A model generated the notes under the pieces. It saw nothing but the letters and a program-made list of their open reading frames with translations, was not told where the DNA came from and did no database searches. Made by a program: the position numbers and the translations under genes. Positions 31,115 through 40,824 of a DNA stretch of 64,000 bases are shown piece by piece. Origin of the DNA: an uncultured delta proteobacterium (GTDB lineage Bacteria > Desulfobacterota > Binatia > UBA9968); NCBI GenBank assembly GCA_963745035.1, contig CAVUVW010000008.1, positions 1 to 64,000 of the forward strand, read 5' to 3'. Numbering within the stretch: the first letter of the stretch is position 1; each line of letters starts with the position of its first letter.

Positions 31115-32090
31115 TTATTGTTTATACAGTTTGTCGATGAAACCGCTCTTTTTGATCTCGTCGAGGATGCTGTTGTTGATATAACCGGGCGGGATCTGCC
31201 CGCCGGGAATGTTCATCATCTCCAACTCAGTGCGCAATGCGTCTTCGTCGGCGTAGGGAACTTGCCGGATCAAAGAACGCAGGTCATCGCACCACAAGGT
31301 GATATGCTCTTCGCTGACCCCGCGCATGTATTTTCCCAAGATGCGAGCCGTGCCGGCTTTGTTGGTCTGGAAAAAATGGACCGTCTCGAGATAGGCCTGC
31401 ATGAAGCGCACGACCGCGCCGCGGTCTGCTTTGATCTTGCGGTCGGTGGTCGTGAGCGGCGCGTCGGTGCCGCGAAAACCCATCTCGCGCGCGCTGCCGC
31501 CCTTCAACGGCTTGGCTCTGCCGCGGAAAACCAGCAACAAACCCGAATCGCCCAGCACTCCAACCTCGATGCGGCCCGACTCCAGTCCCTGCGCCACGCC
31601 GGGCGTGCCGCCCATTTGCAAAATGGTCACTTCGGATTCTTTGATGCCGTGCTTGCGCGAGCGCGCCGCGCAAAAATGTATCGCCGCCCGAGCCGTACTG
31701 GGTGACGCCGATGATTTTGCCTTTGAGTTCCATGAAACTGTTCAACTTAGAATCCGGCCGAATGAAGACGCGCTGCGCCGATGAATTGGCCAGAGTCGAG
31801 AGTACCGTGACGTCGGCGCCTTGGGCGCGCGCGCGAAGCGAAGCCGGCGCCCCGGCCGCGACGTAATCGAGATCGCCGGCGATCAGCGCCTGGATCGTGC
31901 GCGGCGTTCCTGGAATCAAGAGGACTTCCGCCGTAAAGCCGTATTTGGCGAGAATTCCTGAATCCTTTGCCAGATGCAGCATGCCTTGGCTGGGATTCAC
32001 CGCCACGTGGGCGAGCATCAGTTTCTGGGCCAAAACCGGTGCCGCCAAAACGATCAAAAGGAAAACGAGAATCGCGCGCAGTGTAATCAT
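31115..32090 (-). CDS. ABC substrate-binding protein, NitT/TauT family (frameshift near 31660)
   Basis: AKDSGILAKYG, ELKGKIIGVT; continues in ORF 31115-31630 (IKKSGFIDKLY). Confidence 0.8.
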
Positions 32091-32237
32091 ATTTCGCCTT
32101 GTCATTCCTTTACTTGCACGGCCGTTTCCTGTCAACGGGACCACCGATGGGCATGATCGCGATGGTGGAATTCAACTTGCCAACGGAACTCATATGGCGT
32201 AGCAATTAGCTACACTACGACCCAAATTCGAAGGAGG

Positions 32238-32714
32238 ATGATTATGTCGCTACACTGCAAGAGCAACGAAGTTCCGGAATACAACCGAGTTCAAAGCGGT
32301 GAAGCCGGCACCGGAGCGATGACTGTGCGCAAGGGCTACGGCAACGAGTGCAGCCTGATGATTGCAACTCGAAGGCCCGGTTATCACACCAAACCGCACC
32401 AGCACGAATCCGAGCAGATCAACTACGTGCTCGACGGCGAAATCTGGTTCTTCGTCAAAGACAAAGGCTATCTCTGCAAGAAGGGCGATTTCCATCGCAT
32501 CCCTGCCAACACCGTGCATTGGGCGTTCAACCGTTCCGACAAAGACGCCACGGTCGCCGAAGCTCATTCACCGGGACTGATCGGCGGCCGCGCCGGAGAC
32601 AGCGCCGCGGCGCTCTTCGATGACGGCGAGAAACCGGAGATACGCGGCCCGGGCACCAATCAATTTGTCCCCTACGATCAGGAAAAGGCCGAAGCCGCGT
32701 ACTTTAACAAGTAA
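32238..32714 (+). CDS. Cupin domain protein
   Basis: PHQHESEQINYVLDGE and GD...IPANTVH cupin metal motifs. Confidence 0.9.
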   Translation: MIMSLHCKSNEVPEYNRVQSGEAGTGAMTVRKGYGNECSLMIATRRPGYHTKPHQHESEQINYVLDGEIWFFVKDKGYLCKKGDFHRIPANTVHWAFNRSDKDATVAEAHSPGLIGGRAGDSAAALFDDGEKPEIRGPGTNQFVPYDQEKAEAAYFNK

Positions 32715-32719
32715 CGGGT

Positions 32720-33694
32720 ATGACCCAAAGACATTTGCGGGGCGTGTGTCTCCTATTTGCCCTGTTAGCCCCATATTCCGTTGCGCCGGCACAGGACCTC
32801 CGGCGCATCCACTACGGCACCACGTCTTCGACCGCTCACCTACCGATTTGGGTAGCGAAGGATGCCGGATATTTTGCGAAGAGCGGTCTCAACGTCGAGC
32901 CGGTAAATATTCGCGGCGGCGCGTTGATTACCATGGGGATCATGAGCGGCCAATTGCAATTTTCCGGCGCCGGCGCCGAATCGGCCGTCGCAGCGCGCGT
33001 CGAAGGCGGCGACGTGGTCTTGCTGGCATGTCCGGTCGATTCCGATCCGGTTTATTTCATCACGCGGCCGGAGATAAAGTCAGCGGCCGAGCTCAAAGGC
33101 AAAGCGACGGCGGTCACCCGCCTCGGCTCGACGACGCATTTTTACCTGCGCGCCGCCGCGCGCCACGTCGGCCTCGACCCGGAAAAAGACCTTACGATCC
33201 TTCAACTGGGCACGGGTACTGAAACGGTGGCGGCGCTGGAGAATGGCCGCATCGCGGCGGCGGCGATTACGCACCGCTACGCTCTGCCCTTCTTGCAGCG
33301 CGGCTGGCCTTTGCTTGTCGACCTGAGCACGACAGACCTGGTTTATCCGTCCTCGTGCGTTGCCAGCAGCCGCGCGTTCGTCAAGGCGGAATCGAAACTT
33401 GTCGAAGACTTCCTGCGTGCTTATGTCGCCGGCCTGCAACTGATAAAAAAGGATGCGAACTTTGCGGAGAAATCTTTTGCCAAATGGCTGCGCGAGCGAG
33501 ACCCTTACCTGATCAAGAAAACCGTAGAAGCCTACAGCAAAATATTTAAACCGCTGCCGAACGTGCCGGACAAGGGCATCGAGAACGTTTTGAAAGATTT
33601 GGCCAACCGCCGAACGGTGTCAAAGGAATTTCTCAATCGGCCCGACTTATTTCGTGACAATGGCCCGCTGGAGCGCGCTCTGTCGAAATCATGA
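32720..33694 (+). CDS. ABC substrate-binding protein, NitT/TauT family
   Basis: HLPIWVAKDAGYF..GL, ELKGK..AVTR.GSTT. Confidence 0.88.
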   Translation: MTQRHLRGVCLLFALLAPYSVAPAQDLRRIHYGTTSSTAHLPIWVAKDAGYFAKSGLNVEPVNIRGGALITMGIMSGQLQFSGAGAESAVAARVEGGDVVLLACPVDSDPVYFITRPEIKSAAELKGKATAVTRLGSTTHFYLRAAARHVGLDPEKDLTILQLGTGTETVAALENGRIAAAAITHRYALPFLQRGWPLLVDLSTTDLVYPSSCVASSRAFVKAESKLVEDFLRAYVAGLQLIKKDANFAEKSFAKWLRERDPYLIKKTVEAYSKIFKPLPNVPDKGIENVLKDLANRRTVSKEFLNRPDLFRDNGPLERALSKS

Positions 33695-34668
33695 GCCGAT
33701 TTTTTGCTCGCCAATTTGTGCTTCTCGTCATCAGCTTTATTTTGGTCACGGAAGCGTTAAGCGCGGCCGAACTGAAGCAGATTCTTTACGGCACCACGGC
33801 ATCGCCTTCGCATCTGCCGGTATGGGTGGCTAAAGATGCCGGCCTGTTTGAAAAAAACGGATTGAACGTCGAGCCGGTGCAAATTCGCGGCGGCTCGTTG
33901 ATCACCTTGGCGATCATCACCGGCGATTTGCCATTCTCCGGCGCCGGCGCCGAGTCGGTCGTCGCGGCTCGGGCGGCCGGCGGCGATGTCATTCTGCTTG
34001 CGTGTCCCGTGAATGCCGATCCGGTCTACCTGATTACCCGTCCTGAAATAAAATCCGCGCAAGACTTGAAAGGTCAGGCCAGCGCCGTCACACGCTACGG
34101 GTCAACGACCCATTTTTATTTGCGGGCTGCGCTAAAGCATGTCGGGCTGAATCCGGACAAGGACATGACGATTCTCCAGCTCGGCGCCGGGCCGGAAATG
34201 GTCGTCGCACTTGACCGCGGCGCCATCGCCGCCGCCGCGCTCACGACACGCTACGCCATACCTTTCTTGCAGCGCGGTTGGCCGGTATTGGTCGACCTCA
34301 GCAGTACCGACCTGGTGTATCCGTCCTCGTGCGTCACCAGCAGCCGCGCCTTCATACGCGCAGAACCTAAAACAACGCACGAGTTCCTGCGCGCCTACGT
34401 GGCCGGAATCCACTTGATCAAGAAAGATCAGAGATTTGCGGAGAAATCATTCGCTAAATGGATGAGAGAAAAAGACTCGGCCACCGTCAAAAAGACGGTC
34501 GAAGCTTACGCCAGATTATTCAAATCAGCCCCGGTCGTTCCGGACAAGGGCATTGAGAATGTCATTCTAGACCTGGTCAAAGCCCGCCCGGACTTCAAGG
34601 AATACATCGGCTGGCCCGAGCCGTTCAGAGAGAACGGCCCGCTCGAAAAAGTGTTGAAGGAAAGATGA
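33691..34668 (+). CDS. ABC substrate-binding protein, NitT/TauT family (tandem paralog of 32720-33694)
   Basis: Long shared blocks (FSGAGAES, TDLVYPSSCV, FAEKSFAKW); ATGA overlap. Confidence 0.88.
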   Translation: MSRFFARQFVLLVISFILVTEALSAAELKQILYGTTASPSHLPVWVAKDAGLFEKNGLNVEPVQIRGGSLITLAIITGDLPFSGAGAESVVAARAAGGDVILLACPVNADPVYLITRPEIKSAQDLKGQASAVTRYGSTTHFYLRAALKHVGLNPDKDMTILQLGAGPEMVVALDRGAIAAAALTTRYAIPFLQRGWPVLVDLSSTDLVYPSSCVTSSRAFIRAEPKTTHEFLRAYVAGIHLIKKDQRFAEKSFAKWMREKDSATVKKTVEAYARLFKSAPVVPDKGIENVILDLVKARPDFKEYIGWPEPFRENGPLEKVLKER

Positions 34669-34675
34669 AGAAAGG

Positions 34676-34766
34676 TTGGAGTACTGGAGTGGTGGAGTAT
34701 TGGAGCAATGGGATCGAATCAGGCCAACACTCCAGTACTCCATAACATCCATCACTCCAATCTCCA
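34676..34766. repeat. Mirror array of TGGAGT / ACTCCA ~8-nt units
   Basis: GGAGTACTGGAGTGGTGGAGTATTGGAG ... CACTCCAGTACTCCA; copies at 36031-36109 and a half-copy at 46819-46855. Confidence 0.75.
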
Positions 34767-34770
34767 GGCT

Positions 34771-35142
34771 TTATTGTTTCCACTCCAAAAACTCAAGCCG
34801 CACCCCTTGCGGGCCCTCGAAGAAACAAACCCGGCGACCGTCCGGAAGAACGCGCTCCTCGAGGATCTTGATCCCTGCCGATTTGATCTTGTTGACTTCG
34901 CCGTCGAAGTTGTTCGTGTCGATGGCCACGTGCTCGAGGCCGTAGAACTGCTCGAGCTTCTGCTCTTCCAGAAAATCGGTAACGTTGAGCTCCACCCCAT
35001 GAAGACTCAGGCGAAATGTCTTCTTGCCGCTCGGCGACGTGCGCTCCGAAACAATCTTTGCGCCGGCGTACTCCAGATAAAAGTCCACCGTCTTTTTTGG
35101 ATCCGGCGTCTTTAGATGAAGATGGTTCATTCTAAAAGCCAT
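34771..35142 (-). CDS. VOC family protein
   Basis: NHLHL..PD.....FY, GLEHVAI, FFEGPQGVRLEF. Confidence 0.85.
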   Translation of the reverse strand: MAFRMNHLHLKTPDPKKTVDFYLEYAGAKIVSERTSPSGKKTFRLSLHGVELNVTDFLEEQKLEQFYGLEHVAIDTNNFDGEVNKIKSAGIKILEERVLPDGRRVCFFEGPQGVRLEFLEWKQ

Positions 35143-35228
35143 AAATGCCTCCTTGTTGAAAAGACCGATTTCGCCCTTTTAACCCTCAGTGACAGGTGAT
35201 TGCAATTGACTATTCCGTCCTATCCGTC

Positions 35229-36018
35229 TTATTTAGCTTCCCCCACTCCCGCAGGATCACGTTGGCGATATTCCGGCCGCGCGCCGCGACAAGCTGCTCG
35301 CCTGTCTCTGCCGTCGCCAGCTTGCGGCCAGCCGAAGTAACCGCGGCCGCCGCTGATCGTGCCGTAGTCCTTGGTTTCATTGCGGAAGGCTTCCACGTCA
35401 TAGTCGAAGTTAGCGTCCAGAGTCTTCAGAACTTCACGATTGACCAACTCCGGAAAGCTGTAGCAGCGCCACCGACGTCTCCGACTCGCCGCCATGGCCT
35501 TCGAGATCCGGTTTCGGGCTTCGGTAATATTGTTTGACCCCTTCCCTGTAGCAAGCAGCGGTTATCTGCGGATCGCTGGTAAATCCCACGCACAGTACTT
35601 GCGCCGATTTTTCGCCGACCAAAATCGACTTTGCATCATCCAAAGCTTTCATATGATGCATGTCCCGATGGCCGTTCAGGATCACCAGACGATCGAGCCC
35701 ATGCCGCGCCAGCGAACGGCCGATCTCGACAACCATCGAGCGCAGAGTCTCCGGCTCCAGGGACAACGTGCCGGGAAAATCGATCGCGGCGCGTGCCACA
35801 CCGTAATTGATCGTCGGCGCGACAACGACTTCGTATCCAGCTTCTTCAAGATGCGGCGCGGCAGCCGCGGCGTAGGTCTCTGCGGCAAAGGAATCCAAGC
35901 CCAGCGGCAGATGAGCGCCGTGCTCTTCGACCACGCCAACAGGCAAGATCGTCAGAGCCGTCCCCGACTTTGCCAGCCGAGCGACCTTAGTGAAAGGAAT
36001 CTTTCCGAGCTCCAACAT
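35229..36018 (-). CDS. Creatininase / MftE-like amidohydrolase (frameshift near 35470)
   Basis: LPVG..EEHGAHLPLGLD, FPGTLSL, LNGH, HGGESETS. Confidence 0.82.
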
Positions 36019-36030
36019 AACGGCACTCCC

Positions 36031-36109
36031 TGGAGTGATGGAGTATTGGAGTGGTGGAGTACTGGTCAGAAACCCAACACTCCATTATTCCATCACTCCA
36101 CTACTCCAT
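36031..36109. repeat. Mirror array of TGGAGT / ACTCCA units
   Basis: Same family as 34676-34766. Confidence 0.75.
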
Positions 36110-36115
36110 TCTCGC

Positions 36116-37123
36116 TTACCTGAACATCTCCCTGAACTTCTTGCTCCAGCTCTCCAACTCTTCTTTGGCCGGCAACCTCATCACCATGATCTGATCGTCT
36201 TTGACGTCTTTTTTGAATTTGTGATCGGCCTCGGGATGAAACACATACTCGCCGACGTTACCGAAGATGCGCTGCGCCTCCGGCCCGACAAAGAAGTCCG
36301 TGAACAAACGCGCGGCATTGGGATGCGGCGCCTGGCGATTGATCGCGACGAAGCTCAGCGACGCCAGATACTTGTTCATGCGGACGTATTCGATCGGGCC
36401 CGGATATTGAAATTTGTCTTTGATATAACCAAGAGCAACCTTCACTTCCCCGCCGGTCAACGGTTGGATCGTATCGGCTAGACTTCTGCCGACTCGCGGG
36501 TCGTTTTTCGCCCAGCCTTCGACGACGCTCAGCCACTTCGGCCCCAGGAGCTTGTCGAGGTTCAAAACGAATTGCAGCGTGGTGACGTGAATGCCCGGAT
36601 TGGCCATGCCGAACTGTCCTTTCCACTTGGGCAGCAACAGCTCTTCCCATGCCTGGGGCGCTTCGTCGGCTTTTACCAGTTGATGATTGTAGTTGATGCC
36701 GTAGGGCAGCACCCGCCAGGGCGTCATTTTCTTGTCCGCATCCAGGAACTGTTTGGGATAACCCTTGGCCGCCGGCGGCTCGAATACGGCGAAGAGATTT
36801 TTCTCGTCCAACGTCGCCATCACAACCTCATTGCCGAGCGTCACGTCGAATCCCGGTTTGCCCGCGCGCGCTTCAGCGAGGGAGCGATTGATCAACTCGG
36901 TAGCATCGCCGCGCCAGTGACGCAGCTTGATACCGTACTTCTTTTCGAATGCATCGCCGATCGCCTTCGAGGAATTGACGGTGATAGCGCCGTAGAACAT
37001 CACCTCGCCCTCTTTTTTTGCCGCCTCGATCACCTCCGGCGTGATCTGCGCCGGCAAAAAAGCCGGCGCCGCGAATATCAAAACCGATACTATTGTCACT
37101 GTTGCAAAAACTCTTTCGAACAT
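36116..37123 (-). CDS. ABC substrate-binding protein, Fe3+/thiamine (AfuA-like) family
   Basis: AAKKEGEV, P..WEELL.PKWKG, APHPNAARLF.DF. Confidence 0.85.
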   Translation of the reverse strand: MFERVFATVTIVSVLIFAAPAFLPAQITPEVIEAAKKEGEVMFYGAITVNSSKAIGDAFEKKYGIKLRHWRGDATELINRSLAEARAGKPGFDVTLGNEVVMATLDEKNLFAVFEPPAAKGYPKQFLDADKKMTPWRVLPYGINYNHQLVKADEAPQAWEELLLPKWKGQFGMANPGIHVTTLQFVLNLDKLLGPKWLSVVEGWAKNDPRVGRSLADTIQPLTGGEVKVALGYIKDKFQYPGPIEYVRMNKYLASLSFVAINRQAPHPNAARLFTDFFVGPEAQRIFGNVGEYVFHPEADHKFKKDVKDDQIMVMRLPAKEELESWSKKFREMFR

Positions 37124-37228
37124 TTCTCCTCCTCCAGATTGTTCACGTTTTGTATCGCCGATGGAACCCGGCGTCAACGCGAGGTCGTCTTAACGCTCCT
37201 TGACTCCTATGGCGAACTAAGACAACTC

Positions 37229-38810
37229 ATGAATGACAACGCGCACAATGAAGTGAGCACCGTGACCACGCTTCGTGAAACATCCACACCGGAGAGAACG
37301 AAACGCAATCTTGCCGTCACCGGCGTTATGCTGGTGATTTTTCTCTTCGCCATCGATGCCACCATCGTCAGCACCGCGATGCCCACGATCGTCGCCAAGC
37401 TCGGCGGCCTCGAGCTCTACAGCTGGGTGTTTTCCATCTACATGCTCACTTCCGCGCTGACGACACCGCTGTTCGGCAAATTATCGGACCTCTACAGCCG
37501 CAGGCGGCTCATGCTTATCGGGATTGGCATATTCGTCGTGGGCTCGACGTTGTGCGGGGCGGCTCACAGCATGGAGGCGCTGATCGTATTCCGCGCTCTC
37601 CAGGGTCTCGGCGGCGGCGCCATCTACGCGCTCTCGTTTATCGTCGTCGGCGTTTTGTTTTCGGCCGAGGAGCGCGCGCGGATACAGGGAATTATCAGCG
37701 GCATCTGGGGCGTCGCCTCGGTGCTCGGACCGCTCGCGGGCGGCATTATTGTCGAGCATTGGAATTGGCGTTGGGCGTTTTTCGTCAATCTGCCGATCAC
37801 CGCCGTGGCGATTGCGCTGATCGTCGCCGGTCTCAAAGAGACTCGCCAAGAACGGCGCGCGCACAAGCTGGATATCGCCGGCATGCTGACGCTTTTTGCC
37901 GCGCTGCTGCTGTTGTTTTATGCCCTTTCCCATAGCGCTGATTCCAATCGGACCGATTGACGGAACTCTGGTGGTCTTGCTTGTGGCGGCGTTGGTGTTC
38001 TTGCTCATTTTCTTTTTCATCGAGCGCCGCGCAGCGGAGCCGGTCATTCCGATGGATCTTTTTCACACCGGCGCCTTCAAGGCTTCGGCCGGCGTCGCCA
38101 CTCTCGCCGCCATGGGCGTGTTCGGCGCGATCAGCTACCTGCCGCTTTATCTTCAAGGAGTGACCGGGCTCACCGCGTCGCGCGCAGGCATGGTGCTCTT
38201 GTTCCTGAGCATGGCATGGACCGCCGGCAGCCTGATTGCCGGACAGGCGATGAACCGCACCGGCTATCGCGCCGTGGCCTCAACGGGCATGTTCTTCATG
38301 GCGCTCGGCTACGCTTTTTTCGTTTTCTTCGAGTCCGATTTGACGGTGTTCTGGGTCATCGTAAGCTCAACATTGATCGGCACAGGCATGGGAATGGCCA
38401 ATCTGACCACCCTGGTGGCGGTGCAAAATACCGTATCCCGCCAACGCATCGGCGTAGCCACTTCCACGGTCATGCTATTTAGAACCTTCGGCGGCGCATT
38501 CGCCGTTAGCTTGCTCGGCACCGTGCTGTTGCATCGAATGCAGCGCGGCTTGCACGAACTATCGGCCGGCGCTCTTTCGCGCGACTTACTCGACAAATTG
38601 GCTCATCCGCAAAATCTCCTGGAGCCGGCCACGCGCGAGCAAATTCCGGCGGAGCTGCTGCCGAAACTTATCGCAATCCTCGGCGATGCCATCTGGTATG
38701 CGTTTCTGGTCGGGTTCCTCCTGATGGCGTTCGGTGTCGTCGTCGGCTATTTCATGCCGACCTCGACTCCCGCCAAGTCAACGAAGCCACACGGGAGTCC
38801 TGAGTCATGA
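37229..38810 (+). CDS. MDR/DHA2 (EmrB/QacA-like) 14-TM MFS transporter (frameshift near 37940)
   Basis: D.TIVSTAMPTI, GKLSDLY.RR, RALQGLGGG, WRWAFFVNLP, ERRAAEPVIP. Confidence 0.85.
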
Positions 38811-38945
38811 GTGCTGAGTCCTGAGTCTGATACGCAGCGCTCAGGATTCTCACTCAGCAATACTCGTGCGTTTGACAGCAGAGGCTCTCAGCCGATACAC
38901 CCTATCCACAGCCATCACATCAACACTTGAGGCCATAAGAGCGCC

Positions 38946-40214
38946 ATGAATGATCAAAGCACCTCTGTCGCGCCGGCATCCATTGCAACCTCCGAGACAC
39001 CCACTCTCGAAGCCAGCTTGCACCAAAAACGCATGGCGCTCGGTCTCATCAGCAGTTGTCACGTCTTGAATCATCTGCAATACAGCATTACCGCGGTGAT
39101 CTTCCCGGTGATGATGACCGACCTCGGCTTCGGACTCGTCGGGTTGGGCTTTATTTCGGCGCTTTCCAGTTTTGTCGGCCAAGGACTCCAAGTCATCTAC
39201 GGATTCCTCTCCAACTTTTTCAGGCGCACGACCATGCTTGCGGCGGGCAACGTCGTGGTCGGCGTGACGGCGATGGCGCAGTATTTTGTCGGCAGTTTCT
39301 CGCAATTGGTCGCCGCGCGCGTCGCGATCGATGCCGGCTCCAGTCCCCAGCACCCGCTCGGCTCCAGCATTCTGTCGCGCTACTATCCGCACGCGCGCGG
39401 CTGGGCGCTGACGTTTCATCACTCGGCCGGCAATCTCGGATCGTTCATCGGGCCGGCGGCGGCGTCCCTGGCGCTGCTCTACATGGATTGGCGCCTGGCG
39501 TTCGTTCTCTTTGGCGCGTTCAGCTTGATCATGGGACTGGCGCTTTTTTGGGTGCGCGATCACGGCGAGGCGGCGGAATCAGGCGGCACCAAGAAAAAAG
39601 CCCAGGCGGGATTCGATGCCTACGTTCAGTGCCTGAAGAATCGCAACATTGTTTTCACGTCGTTGGTGCTCATGGTGGGCGCGGCGGGCCGCGGCACGGG
39701 CATCAACATCGTCTACCTCGTGCCGTTTTTCATGGCTCAGTATGGCGTGAGCGCAGCCGGCGGCGGCATGCTCTTGACGCTCTTGCAGGGAGCCGGATTG
39801 ATCGGTCCGCTCGCCATCGCCTGGTTTTCCGATCGCATCGGCAAACGCCGCGGCGTCACACAAATAACGCTGGCTCTGTCCGCCATCACGACCATCATGT
39901 TCGCGCACCATTCGTCGATGACGGTTCTCTTTTACGCGAACCTGCTGCTGTACGGCGCGGTCGTGCAAGCGCGCGGCGCGCTCACGCAGACCATGATCGG
40001 CGACTTCGCCACCCCGGAGCTGACAGACGCGGCCTTCTCTATCTATTATTTCATCGGGTTTATCTCGGGTCCAATCTGGACGATGATCGTCGGCTACGTC
40101 ATGCAGCATTACGGCTTCACCCCCGCCTTCTACGTCGCCGCCGCGACCTATATCGCCGGCATGGTGCTCCTGACCTTCGTCAAGGAAGAGGCGAAACCCG
40201 ACAAGGCCGCGTGA
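38946..40214 (+). CDS. MFS transporter (FSR-like)
   Basis: CHVLNH, QHP.G, GNLGSFIGP, SDRIGKR; about 12 TM. Confidence 0.85.
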   Translation: MNDQSTSVAPASIATSETPTLEASLHQKRMALGLISSCHVLNHLQYSITAVIFPVMMTDLGFGLVGLGFISALSSFVGQGLQVIYGFLSNFFRRTTMLAAGNVVVGVTAMAQYFVGSFSQLVAARVAIDAGSSPQHPLGSSILSRYYPHARGWALTFHHSAGNLGSFIGPAAASLALLYMDWRLAFVLFGAFSLIMGLALFWVRDHGEAAESGGTKKKAQAGFDAYVQCLKNRNIVFTSLVLMVGAAGRGTGINIVYLVPFFMAQYGVSAAGGGMLLTLLQGAGLIGPLAIAWFSDRIGKRRGVTQITLALSAITTIMFAHHSSMTVLFYANLLLYGAVVQARGALTQTMIGDFATPELTDAAFSIYYFIGFISGPIWTMIVGYVMQHYGFTPAFYVAAATYIAGMVLLTFVKEEAKPDKAA

Positions 40215-40349
40215 TCCTCGGGCGTGGTTCACCAGCAATCGTACAAGCCTATATCTTGATATCCCTCCCGGTTCGGGAGTATCCTCTGAACATGCTCTAG
40301 CCACGAAGCTCGGATGGATTTCAGTCGTCATGAGGGAAAGGAGGCAGCT

Positions 40350-40814
40350 ATGACGCGAATTCCTCTCAAGGTGAACGGCAAGACGCAAGTCGTCGACGTG
40401 GAGCCCGATATGCCGCTGCTCTACGCCCTGCGCAACGATCTCCAGCTCAATGGACCCAAGTACGGCTGCGGCATGGCACAGTGCGGGGCCTGCACCGTGA
40501 TCATGGATGGCGCCGCCATCCGTTCCTGCGTCACACCCGTGACCGCCGCGCAGAATAAAGCGGTAACCACCCTCGAAGGTCTCGGCTCGACCAAGAAGAT
40601 GCACACGATCCAGCAGGCCTTCGTCGACGAGCAAGCCGTGCAGTGCGGCTACTGCATCAACGGCATGATCATGGCGAGCAAAGCCCTGCTCGACAAGAAT
40701 CCCAAACCCACCGACGCTCAGATCAAAGAAGCGTTGGCCGGCAATCTCTGCCGCTGCGGCACGCACGTGCGCATCCTGCGCGCGGTCAAGCGCGCCTCGG
40801 GACAAGTGGCTTAG
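40350..40814 (+). CDS. (2Fe-2S)-binding subunit, IorA/CoxS family
   Basis: KYGCGMAQCGACTV, QCGYC, NLCRCGT. Confidence 0.95.
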   Translation: MTRIPLKVNGKTQVVDVEPDMPLLYALRNDLQLNGPKYGCGMAQCGACTVIMDGAAIRSCVTPVTAAQNKAVTTLEGLGSTKKMHTIQQAFVDEQAVQCGYCINGMIMASKALLDKNPKPTDAQIKEALAGNLCRCGTHVRILRAVKRASGQVA

Positions 40815-40824
40815 GAAAGGAGGC

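Noticed and set aside
35229-36018. Mycofactocin locus (MftE-like gene)
   Set aside because: No mftA/B/C/D or radical SAM gene in the window
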